A stretch of 20,000 bases of DNA, taken from IMG/VR virus record IMGVR_UViG_3300045391_004154; one strand, given 5' to 3'. Within the stretch, counting starts at the first letter, position 1. Each line of letters begins with the position of its first letter. The stretch is from an uncultured virus (IMG/VR IMGVR_UViG_3300045391_004154). Its lineage: Duplodnaviria; Heunggongvirae; Uroviricota; Caudoviricetes. The translations under genes were made by a program, and so were the position numbers. This document shows, piece after piece, positions 1-7,485 of the stretch. Under the pieces are notes generated by a model. The model worked only from the letters and a program-made list of their open reading frames with translations. It had not been told where the DNA came from and did no database searches.

Positions 1-398
1 CAGCGCGTCAGCTTGGCGCGCACCAGCTTGGCCGGCGCCGGCTCGCTCAGGAACAGATAGAGATGGGCGCCGCCCGACTTGGTGCGGCAGACAATGAGCG
101 GAAGGTTGAGAGCCTGGACGAGGGCGTTGAGTGCCTTCAGGTCCAGATTATATTCGTCGATGTCGATCGCGCCGAAGTAGCAGAGGCTCTGCTCGTTGAT
201 CGGCACAACGCCGATGGCGTAGGTGCCGGCCAGGTGGGTTTCCCACAGCGCGGCCGTATAGGGCTTGTGAACGGTCTTGCGCTTGCCGGTGAACTTGCCC
301 TTGTCGTCGATCGTGAGGCCCGTACCCACGGCATAGGTGCCGTGGCTCTTGAGGAGCCCCGCGAAACGTTCATAAAACTGTGCGGCAAGCGATGTCAT
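1..398 (-). CDS. Archaeo-eukaryotic primase (AEP/prim-pol) family protein, 5' part only (runs off the window edge)
   Basis: Not in the ORF track. My translation from the ATG at 398 gives MTSLAAQFYERFAGLLKSHGTY...WETHLAGTYAIGVVPINEQSLCYFGAIDIDEY...VCRTKSGGAHLYLFLSEP. It has AEP motif I (DxD) and motif II (SGGxH), and no stop before position 1. Confidence 0.85.
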   Translation of the reverse strand, partial: MTSLAAQFYERFAGLLKSHGTYAVGTGLTIDDKGKFTGKRKTVHKPYTAALWETHLAGTYAIGVVPINEQSLCYFGAIDIDEYNLDLKALNALVQALNLPLIVCRTKSGGAHLYLFLSEPAPAKLVRAKLTR

Positions 399-429
399 AC
401 CCAACCTATGTTATTCTTGTGAAAGCAGA

Positions 430-462
430 CGGGGTGATGATCTCTCGTAACTCATCACCCCG
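430..462 (-). terminator. Stem-loop between the SSB-like gene and the primase gene (terminator/attenuator or processing site)
   Basis: Perfect 11-bp inverted repeat CGGGGTGATGA (430-440) / TCATCACCCCG (452-462) with an 11-nt loop. Only a weak U-tract (TCTGCTTTC) follows on the minus strand. Confidence 0.5.
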
Positions 463-503
463 CCCCTCATATCCGCGGCGCCGCAAGCACCACGGTTATT
501 CAC

Positions 504-1451
504 TTACATGGGAGGAGTATCGGAACCCTTGACCGCGATGTCGCCCGTGCCGGTCTGGTCGGTGCTGGTATCGGCCTTGGCCTTGCCCTCCTTGAGCATG
601 ACGTGGAAGGCCTTCGCCTCCTGGTACAGATTGTCACTCAGGGGCAGCAGGCTTTTCTGATAGGCGTCCTCGCTGCCGTCCTCGCGCTTGACGGCCAGCG
701 TGAGGGTCAGGCCATAGAAGTCGCCCTGCTTGTTGCTCTCGAACACCGTCTTGAGGGTCCAGCGATGGGCCCACATCGGCGGCGTCACGTCCGGCAGCTT
801 GTTGTTTTCCGTGGACCGGGGATTGGGATACTTGAAGCTGGTCACACGGCCCATGAAGCCCTGGTACTTCTTGATCTGCGTGGACTTGAAGCTCACCACG
901 GCCCGGAACCACTGGCCGCTGCTCGGGTCCTTGAAGATACCGAACAGCGAGAAGACCTCGGTGATTTCCGTGCCGTCCAGCGCTTCGCCCTTGTCGTTGC
1001 GCTTCGTAACGCCGCGAGGCAGGCGACCGAACTTGCCGTGCTGCTGCTGGAGCTGGAGCACGATGGGATCGGTGGGCTCGTAGACGGCAACCAGGCCGCC
1101 GCCGAGAGCGCGAGGAGTGAACTCCAGGAACTTGTGATCGCGATAGACCGGGATGAACTCCATCGGGGCCTCATCGATCTTGTAGAGCTCACCAGTAGCA
1201 CCATTGAGCAGCATGCCGGCAACGGCGCCGGGCATTCCACCATTGGCCACGGGCTTGACCTGCGGCGAGAGCGGCTGCAGCAGGTTCAGGAAGGGAATCT
1301 TGAGCTCGGCGCTGGAGACGTCCTCCAGGCCCGCGCCGGCGTCGTCGCCAAAGTCGTAGGTCTGGACGGCGGTGCCGGTGCCGGCCGCGGCCGGAAGGTT
1401 CTTGTCTTCGGTCTTGGGCTCTTCAACTTTGGATGCTTGTGCTTTCGACAT
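504..1451 (-). CDS. Probable phage ssDNA-binding / single-strand annealing protein
   Basis: 315 aa with RBS GAAGAGGT. The N-terminal GAGLEDVSSAELKIPFLNLLQPLSPQV motif, SFKSTQIKK and NKQGDFYG, plus an acidic tail, are typical of this phage replication-module family. It lies between the primase and helicase genes. Confidence 0.65.
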   Translation of the reverse strand: MSKAQASKVEEPKTEDKNLPAAAGTGTAVQTYDFGDDAGAGLEDVSSAELKIPFLNLLQPLSPQVKPVANGGMPGAVAGMLLNGATGELYKIDEAPMEFIPVYRDHKFLEFTPRALGGGLVAVYEPTDPIVLQLQQQHGKFGRLPRGVTKRNDKGEALDGTEITEVFSLFGIFKDPSSGQWFRAVVSFKSTQIKKYQGFMGRVTSFKYPNPRSTENNKLPDVTPPMWAHRWTLKTVFESNKQGDFYGLTLTLAVKREDGSEDAYQKSLLPLSDNLYQEAKAFHVMLKEGKAKADTSTDQTGTGDIAVKGSDTPPM

Positions 1452-1473
1452 GTCTAACTTACCTCTTCAATAT

Positions 1474-1506
1474 GCCCGAACTTTCTAGCGGCAACGGGCT
1501 AACCGC
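1474..1506 (-). promoter_or_regulatory. Candidate H-type RNA pseudoknot in the leader of the SSB-like gene
   Basis: The mRNA reads GCGGU-UA-GCCCG-UU-GCCGC-UAGAAAGUU-CGGGC, giving two interleaved 5-bp stems just upstream of the RBS. Confidence 0.4.
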
Positions 1507-1512
1507 GGCTTC

Positions 1513-1545
1513 TGTTCGTACGCATCAATTAGATGTGTACGAACA
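1513..1545. other. Inverted repeat / hairpin in intergenic DNA
   Basis: TGTTCGTACGCATC-AATTA-GATGTGTACGAACA: a 14-bp stem with one G/T pair and a 5-nt loop. Confidence 0.6.
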
Positions 1546-1630
1546 AAATCAATTGGGTGGCGCGTGCTGGCTGGCGACGTAGAGCATATAACCCACGATC
1601 ATGAGCACGGTAACGGTGACGCAGATAAAG

Positions 1631-1819
1631 TCAGTCTTTGTCACTGGCGTATCTCCAATGGGTTATGTCGTTGTCGGGGTCGCGGTGATCGTGGTACCAG
1701 GAGAGGCTGGCCGCGCGAATGCGCAGCCGCTCGCTTCCATCGCGATGCCGCACGGCCACGAAGGCCTGCGCGTTGCAGGGGCGCCCGTCTCCCTCGTGGG
1801 GCTTGTATCCATTAGCCAT
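1631..1819 (-). CDS. Small phage hypothetical protein (62 aa)
   Basis: The ATG at 1819 has GGGAGT upstream and overlaps the end of the upstream gene. MANGYKPHEGDGRP...VAVRHRDG...SWYHDHRDPDNDITHWRY resembles a common small phage protein pattern (W..DI..R). Confidence 0.65.
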   Translation of the reverse strand: MANGYKPHEGDGRPCNAQAFVAVRHRDGSERLRIRAASLSWYHDHRDPDNDITHWRYASDKD

Positions 1820-2702
1820 CGAACGCCGCCACTCCCTTCTTGCGCTCCTTCTTGCTGAACACGGCGAAGCGCAGCTTGAACTGGTCCACCTGCTTGGGCA
1901 GGGCCTCATCGGGGTTGCGGCCGGCCTTGATGAGCTTCTCGCGCTCCTCGCGGCAGTAGCTCTGCAGGGTCTGGTAGTGGATTTCCTCCTTTACCTCCGG
2001 CTCAAGATCAACCTTGCGCTTGGCCAGGTCGGCGAGGAATTTCTTGGCGGCCTTCACCTGGTCGCGGCCGAACTTGATCACGATGGTGCGCTTGACGATC
2101 GCGTCGTCCTTCTTCTTTTCCAGCCAGCCAATGAAGCCGGGAAGGTTTTCCTTCTTGACGGAGAACTTGACGTCCTCCACCAGGTCCGTTTCCCACTCGC
2201 CGTCGTTGCGATCCTTGTAGACCCAGCCGCTGACGCGCGCGTCGGTCATGACGTTGGGCAGCGTGATTTCCGTTAGCTCCTTCAGCTCCTTCTGGAGCTT
2301 GGCGAGCTCGGCCTCGGCCTCGGGAATGAGTATCTCCTGCAGCTTCAGCCCCCTGCTCACCAGCGCGGCGAGGTTCTTGACCTGCGCTTCACTCGGGCCG
2401 GTCTCCTCATCGGCCTCCACCTCGAGCGGCATCGGGTTCTTGAAGCTCGCCAGCACCTGGTCAGCGGTGATGATTTGCACCTCCTCACCCTGCTGGACGT
2501 ATCGCGCGCCGCGGTTGCTGACGTTGTGATCGGCGCACAGCCCGCACATCGGCAGGCAAACCTTATCGGTGCCCATCACCACGAAGGTTGCGGGCTGCCG
2601 GCATGGCGTGTAGGTGGCTGCGCCCATGACGCACTCGGCGCAATCCACGCCGGGGCCGGGATGCATGTGCTTGACGGATTTCTTTTCAGGCTTCTTGGGC
2701 AT
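1812..2702 (-). CDS. Conserved phage replication-module protein with an N-terminal Cys/His-rich extension
   Basis: The real start is likely the ATG at 2702 (RBS AAGGAG, MPKKPEKK), not 3068. A coiled coil is followed by TLPNVM...GWLEKKKDDAIVKRTIVIKFGRD...IHYQTLQSY, a pattern usually found next to the SSB-like gene in such phages. Confidence 0.7.
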   Translation of the reverse strand: MPKKPEKKSVKHMHPGPGVDCAECVMGAATYTPCRQPATFVVMGTDKVCLPMCGLCADHNVSNRGARYVQQGEEVQIITADQVLASFKNPMPLEVEADEETGPSEAQVKNLAALVSRGLKLQEILIPEAEAELAKLQKELKELTEITLPNVMTDARVSGWVYKDRNDGEWETDLVEDVKFSVKKENLPGFIGWLEKKKDDAIVKRTIVIKFGRDQVKAAKKFLADLAKRKVDLEPEVKEEIHYQTLQSYCREEREKLIKAGRNPDEALPKQVDQFKLRFAVFSKKERKKGVAAFDG

Positions 2703-3081
2703 GGGATTCTCCTTGGGGCTCTGGGTTGGGAAGCAGGGGGATTTGGCAGGCGACGTAGCCGAGCTCGCGACCACGCCACACCAGGATATTGATGCAGTAT
2801 TTTTGCGTGGTGCCGCAATAGGCGCCGATGATGGAAGCGGCCGCGGTGATGAGCGCGGGATGGCCGACGGGAAGCAGGAAGTCCTCGGCCGGATTGAAGT
2901 CCAGCAGCTTCTTGGCCATCTCCGGCCACCAGCCGAACGGGTCCAATGGCGGCTCGCCGGCGGGCGCGAGATAGACGAGCTCGCCGAACACCTCGGCCGG
3001 CCGCAGGTCAATGGCGCGACCATAGGCGCTCGAGCCGGGAATGCGCTTGAGAGGTTCGTTGACGACAAAGACCTTGGGCAT
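2686..3081 (-). CDS. Conserved phage hypothetical protein (alpha/beta, 131 aa)
   Basis: Coupled to both neighbours (TAATG at 3081; overlap with the 2702 start) and has good codon usage. Contains DFLLPVGHPALITAAA...LVW...Y. Confidence 0.7.
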   Translation of the reverse strand: MPKVFVVNEPLKRIPGSSAYGRAIDLRPAEVFGELVYLAPAGEPPLDPFGWWPEMAKKLLDFNPAEDFLLPVGHPALITAAASIIGAYCGTTQKYCINILVWRGRELGYVACQIPLLPNPEPQGESHAQEA

Positions 3082-3404
3082 TATGACTCCGGGCTCAGGA
3101 TGGCCGCAATCACCTTCTCGGCAATTTCAGCGGGGGTGAGGGTGGTATAATCGATGTTATCCAGTACGGCGGTGATGCGGCCGATGGCGCTGTGTACGCC
3201 GGTCATCTGGGCGGCGTGCATGTTCATCTCGGCAACCAGCCGCCCCGCATTCTCCGGGGTGAACAGGAAGTCCAGGAAGCCGTGGATGGGATGACCGAGC
3301 CGCAGCAGTGGCGCCTGGGTTTCCCCAAAGGGCACCGTGCTCACCAGGAAGTGCGGGTTGAGCGCGATCATGGCCACTTCGCCGTTTTCCATCTGCACGA
3401 TCAT
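3081..3404 (-). CDS. Hypothetical protein (107 aa)
   Basis: Start overlaps the upstream stop (ATGA), with GGAAGGA upstream. Confidence 0.65.
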   Translation of the reverse strand: MIVQMENGEVAMIALNPHFLVSTVPFGETQAPLLRLGHPIHGFLDFLFTPENAGRLVAEMNMHAAQMTGVHSAIGRITAVLDNIDYTTLTPAEIAEKVIAAILSPES

Positions 3405-3595
3405 ATGGGCGTTCCTTCCGGGTCCTGGAGCTCAAAGGGCTTGAAGTAGACGCCACCGATCAGCAGAATGGAGCGGTATTGCTGGGTGGCGCGCAGGAGC
3501 AGGCCCGGATCAACCCACACCACCGCGCCGGGTGGCACCCCGCGAGCCCGCTGGCGCAGATAGACCTGGGCCTTGTTGTTGGGATCGGGGTTCAC
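3401..3595 (-). CDS. Hypothetical protein (64 aa)
   Basis: The GTG at 3595 overlaps the upstream stop (GTGA) and has GGAG 8 nt upstream, so I prefer it over the TTG at 3676. Confidence 0.5.
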   Translation of the reverse strand: MNPDPNNKAQVYLRQRARGVPPGAVVWVDPGLLLRATQQYRSILLIGGVYFKPFELQDPEGTPI

Positions 3596-3846
3596 TTGCG
3601 ACACTCCGATGGAATATTCACGGGGTCCTGCAGGATGGTATTGGGAGAGCGCGCCTCCACCAGGCGGCCGTGCCAATAGCCATTGAGATAGCAGGCCTGG
3701 CTCGCGGCGCGATAGGCAGCGTTGAGCTTCTCCCGGCTATCGCTTCGCAGCGTGGGGGAAGCCTCGGTAAAGGCTATCACGACCATGATAATCGCGGCGT
3801 TGCTTATAAAAACGCTGGTGATAATTATAGCCGCTCTCATATCCAC
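3592..3846 (-). CDS. Small protein with an N-terminal hydrophobic (membrane/signal) segment
   Basis: 84 aa with the hydrophobic stretch AAIIITSVFISNAAIIMVVIAF. It overlaps the helicase stop. Confidence 0.55.
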   Translation of the reverse strand: MDMRAAIIITSVFISNAAIIMVVIAFTEASPTLRSDSREKLNAAYRAASQACYLNGYWHGRLVEARSPNTILQDPVNIPSECRK

Positions 3847-5465
3847 TTCCCCGAATGCTCGTTCAAGATCAGGTCGCTCAGCTTGCGGCGCGCCCGGTGC
3901 GAGCGCACGATGTCCTCGTCCTTGGTCTCCGCGGCGATGAGGTCGATGATGCCGGTGGCGATTGTCCTCAATCCCGTTTGCGCTCTGACTTCGGATTGAA
4001 GCCTCTGGTTCAATCCGAATTCAGAGGAGTAGTACATCATCCACTCGGCCGCTGATACATTCACAGCTCTGCCGGCAGAACGAGTCTTCGCCACGAATGT
4101 ATCAGCGTCCCCGGCCTGGAACGCGGCCTTGTTGCGGTGCTTGGTCTCGTCGTCCACCTGGCCGTCGTAGCGGACGGGCCGGCGGCCTAGTTGGCGACTG
4201 AGTTCAAGAACGTCGTCGATATCCTGGTTGAAGCGGCACCAGATGATTGCCGGTTGGGGAGCGGCCTTGAACTCGGCGGCAAGGCCAAGAAGCTTTGGGT
4301 TTCGATCCACCGGAACAATGCGCTGAAGGGGGATTTGGGTTTCAATAACTCCAAGACCGTCACAAGCGGCGCAGCCGTCGCCCTCGCCGGAGCATAGCTC
4401 GCACACCTCGGCAGCCTTCGCGTTGGGCCAAAATCCGCTGGTAAGCTGCTGAAGGCGCAGGTAGCGAGTGAGAACGTTGGCGACCGTAACCTTGCCGAGG
4501 TGCTGGAGCTCCAGCTCGTACTCGGTGGACAGCTTCTCGTATGCGGCTCGCTGCTCATCGGTCAACTCCACGTAGCGCTTCTGATAGATGGGATCGGGGA
4601 CATTGGCAAAGACCTCCTTGAAGCGCACTCTATAAGTGTGCGGCGCAATGAGGCGCTGCAGCTTGTCGAGGTTGCGATAGATGGGCTGGCCCTGGTCGTC
4701 CTTCTTGATCTGTTTAAACGCCTTGGCATTCTTGCCGTACTGCATCACCTGCTGCTCGGAATATTCGGCGCGGAAGGCGGTGGCGTTGGAGCCGAGAATG
4801 TGCTCGCTGAGGAAGCGATACTGGGCGAACAGGTCAAAGGGACCTTCACCCGTGGGCGTGCCGTCCAGCACGCGCCGCATCTCCGCCTTCTTGCTCATCC
4901 AGTGCAGCGACTTGGTGCGCGCCGCGTCGGGAGACTTCATGAGCAGCGTGCCCTCGTCGCCGACCAGCAGGGTCTTGCGCTTCACCAGGAAGTGGTTGAG
5001 CATGTAATCGCAGAAGGCGGGCGTGTTGGTGCTTTCGCCGTTGATGCAGATGATGGCCAGGCCCTCGTAGGTGAGCAGGTCCTTGAGGAGCTCGGTATGG
5101 GTGAGGTTCTTGACCTTGAAGCGGCCGGGACGGTTCGGATCGCGCTTCTTGGTCTTGCCCGATTTGGTCGGGTCCCACAGCAGGGTGCGCCGCTCGATGA
5201 AGGCCGGCAGCATGAGGGCGTTGATCTCGTCCAGCCAGTTGCGCGGCGCGCCGCTCGGCATGGCCGCGATCACCAGGCCATTGATGCGGCGGTTGAGGAA
5301 GTTGAGGCCCGCGGTATCCAGCACCACCTGGGTCTTGCCGGTGCGCTGCTCCATGGAGAGGTAGAAGCCCGTGCGATCGTGCGATCGGGCGAAGCCCTCC
5401 ACCTGGTGGTCCCAGCGGGTGCGATCGGGCAATGGCGCTGACGCCAGATATTCGTCCACGTTCAC
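3837..5465 (-). CDS. SNF2-like superfamily 2 helicase
   Basis: 542 aa. Q motif WDHQ, motif I MEQRTGKT, motif II LVGDEGT, motif III LDGTP, RLQQLTSGF, motif IV IIWCRF, motifs V/VI SAGRAVNV...RLQSEVRA. RBS GGAGA. Confidence 0.92.
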   Translation of the reverse strand: MNVDEYLASAPLPDRTRWDHQVEGFARSHDRTGFYLSMEQRTGKTQVVLDTAGLNFLNRRINGLVIAAMPSGAPRNWLDEINALMLPAFIERRTLLWDPTKSGKTKKRDPNRPGRFKVKNLTHTELLKDLLTYEGLAIICINGESTNTPAFCDYMLNHFLVKRKTLLVGDEGTLLMKSPDAARTKSLHWMSKKAEMRRVLDGTPTGEGPFDLFAQYRFLSEHILGSNATAFRAEYSEQQVMQYGKNAKAFKQIKKDDQGQPIYRNLDKLQRLIAPHTYRVRFKEVFANVPDPIYQKRYVELTDEQRAAYEKLSTEYELELQHLGKVTVANVLTRYLRLQQLTSGFWPNAKAAEVCELCSGEGDGCAACDGLGVIETQIPLQRIVPVDRNPKLLGLAAEFKAAPQPAIIWCRFNQDIDDVLELSRQLGRRPVRYDGQVDDETKHRNKAAFQAGDADTFVAKTRSAGRAVNVSAAEWMMYYSSEFGLNQRLQSEVRAQTGLRTIATGIIDLIAAETKDEDIVRSHRARRKLSDLILNEHSGKWI

Positions 5466-5642
5466 CGAATAGTCTCCAAGGCTCTGTGTAATCGGTTCAA
5501 GTAATAGTCACGCGGGCGAGAAGCGCGGGTCGCGCTACTCGTTTAGATCATTGGTTCACGGTGATAGGCCCCGGCTCCTCGCCCAGAGGCAGGACGCTAA
5601 GAGAAGGAGTAAAATGGTGTCCATAGGTGAGCGAAAATTATT

Positions 5643-6155
5643 TTAGACGTCGTAGGCGTCGGTGGAGGTGAGCTGGTAGGCAATCCTACCCTCCGGGGTA
5701 AAGGCCTTCTTTACGAGGCCCTCCTCCTTGAGCTTCCACAGCGCAACAAGGGCCTTGGTGCGGGCGTGCTTCTGGTTGAATTTGGTGTCGGGCATATCCT
5801 TCATGAAGAGGGCGGCGACATTGTCCACGGAGATGGGCCGATCAACGTGCAGCGTACGGATTATCTCCATCTTGCTGACGCGCACCCATGTGTGCCGCTG
5901 ATTCTTTAGGATGCCACCTTCCTCCACTGGTCGCTCGTTCAGGGCGATGCCCAATCGGCGCAGGGCCACCTGGGCGCGGCGCAAATCCTCGCGCTGCTCG
6001 GGTCGCCATTCTGTGATAAATTGCCGCACCGGAGAAAAGAACAACTCGCTGTCGGGCCAGGTCGGGCCGAGGGCCTCGTCCTCGTCGGAGCGAAGGACCG
6101 AGGTGGAGAAGGCATCTAGGTTGTTGTAGGTGCGTCCGGAGCCTGGACCGCCCAT
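5643..6155 (-). CDS. Putative winged-helix DNA-binding protein
   Basis: 170 aa with RBS AAAGGA. The C-terminal IIRTL...PISVDNVAALF...ALVALWKLKEEGLVKK...AYQLT fits a wHTH pattern. It is the first gene of the leftward arm. Confidence 0.6.
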   Translation of the reverse strand: MGGPGSGRTYNNLDAFSTSVLRSDEDEALGPTWPDSELFFSPVRQFITEWRPEQREDLRRAQVALRRLGIALNERPVEEGGILKNQRHTWVRVSKMEIIRTLHVDRPISVDNVAALFMKDMPDTKFNQKHARTKALVALWKLKEEGLVKKAFTPEGRIAYQLTSTDAYDV

Positions 6156-6259
6156 ATTGTGTTTCCTTTCAGGGAGTTAGAGAGAAAAACAGGGGGTTTT
6201 GCCTGGAATTTGGTTCAGCGTCTCCTCCTGGTCTAATAAGTATCGGTGGGGATTTTAAG

Positions 6260-6288
6260 TTGACCTCTATACTAAGAAATACTAACTT
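6260..6288 (+). promoter_or_regulatory. Candidate sigma70 promoter for the rightward operon
   Basis: TTGACC (6260-6265), 17-bp spacer, TAACTT (6283-6288), inside the AT-rich divergent intergenic region. Confidence 0.55.
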
Positions 6289-6436
6289 GTATTTTTTAGG
6301 TTTGTCTTCAGTTTAAAATCTCCGTGCGCGTATACGCGGGCGCGCGGGAGGACGCGGTGGCCTGGGGAGAAGATCAGCAGAGACGAAGTTTTAAGGATTT
6401 GTGGAGAAGGATGCGGGGACATCTGGGAGGCGATGC

Positions 6437-6943
6437 ATGAAGCGATGGTACGTGGCGAGAACCCAACCGGGTCTCGGGATCATCGCGGAGCGTGAGCTGC
6501 AAAAGAGCTACGGCGATAGGCCGGCATTTCAAACGCTGCTGATAATGGATGGAAAGGGGCGATCGGTATTCGGGCCATATATCTTCATTGAGATTGATCT
6601 TGACGAGGATTATTGGGAGCCAATCAATTCAGTGCGAGGAGTGAGCCGGCTTCTGCCCATCGGCACTGCCACCCCCCTGCCACTTCCAGAAACGTTCATG
6701 CGGGAATTGCGAAAGCGGCTGGGTAGCGGGGATTTTGATGAGCGGGCCGCGGCGGAATTGGTCTATGCCTACTCGCCGCAGGAGCCGGCGCTGGTGACTT
6801 CGGGACCGTGGGAGGGTCATGTTGGCAATTTTGTTCGACGAAAGAAAGGATTTATAAACCTTTCTCTGGTACTGTTCAACCGTCCATTCGAAATTCCAGT
6901 TCCGGCCCACCAGGTCCGACCCGCGTCGCCCAAAGCAGCTTGA
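6437..6943 (+). CDS. NusG/RfaH-family transcription antitermination factor
   Basis: ATG at 6437 with RBS GGGAGG. NGN-domain features: WYVARTQPG, VFGPYIFI, WEPINSVRGVSRLL, PLPLPE. KOW-like C-terminus VTSGPWEGHVG...LVLFNR. Confidence 0.88.
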   Translation: MKRWYVARTQPGLGIIAERELQKSYGDRPAFQTLLIMDGKGRSVFGPYIFIEIDLDEDYWEPINSVRGVSRLLPIGTATPLPLPETFMRELRKRLGSGDFDERAAAELVYAYSPQEPALVTSGPWEGHVGNFVRRKKGFINLSLVLFNRPFEIPVPAHQVRPASPKAA

Positions 6944-6996
6944 GGCTGAGTGCGGCAGCTATGACCTCTTGATTTAAACCAAGAACAATTCAAACG

Positions 6997-7485
6997 ATGG
7001 CCGGCAAAGCAGTAGCAAAAACAAATGGTCACGGCGGCGCCCGCCCGAATGCGGGCCGAAAGCCGGGTGGCCTGGGTGAGAAGGCTCGGGCCTATGCGGC
7101 GGAAGCGGCTGAGGAGGGCGTTCGCCCCATCGATGTGATGCTCGGCAATATGCGCTATTACCATGAGCGTGCCGTTGACTTCGACAAGAAGTTGGAAGCT
7201 ATCGCCGAGACCATGACGGCGGAGCAGATCGTCAAGGGCGGTGAAGAGGTCATGAACGTTTTGAAGCTCGTCGCCAAGATCGGCGAGTTTCGCATGAAGG
7301 CGCAACAGTGCGCCGTGGATGCGGCACCCTATGTTCATCCGCGCTTGACCGCGATCGCGGTGAAGGTGGACAATGGCGATTCCCAGAAGCCGCTGTTGAC
7401 CTTGACCGAGCAGAAGACGGCGCAGCAGGCGGCGGACGCCTACGCGAGCATGCTAGCCGGCACCTATCGTGAAACTGCAGTATAA
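6997..7485 (+). CDS. terS: Terminase small subunit (putative)
   Basis: HGGARPNAGRKPG and AAPYVHPRL motifs. It lies directly upstream of, and overlaps, TerL. Confidence 0.8.
   Translation: MAGKAVAKTNGHGGARPNAGRKPGGLGEKARAYAAEAAEEGVRPIDVMLGNMRYYHERAVDFDKKLEAIAETMTAEQIVKGGEEVMNVLKLVAKIGEFRMKAQQCAVDAAPYVHPRLTAIAVKVDNGDSQKPLLTLTEQKTAQQAADAYASMLAGTYRETAV

Noticed and set aside
2703..3068. N-terminal extension of the 418-aa ORF 1812..3068
   Set aside because: It overlaps the better-supported 2686-3081 gene in another frame and is S/P/R-rich. A strong RBS supports the start at 2702.
63..5441. Plus-strand ORFs over the left arm (e.g. 63..422, 603..1457, 4500..5441)
   Set aside because: Antisense to the clearly recognisable primase, SSB-like and helicase genes.
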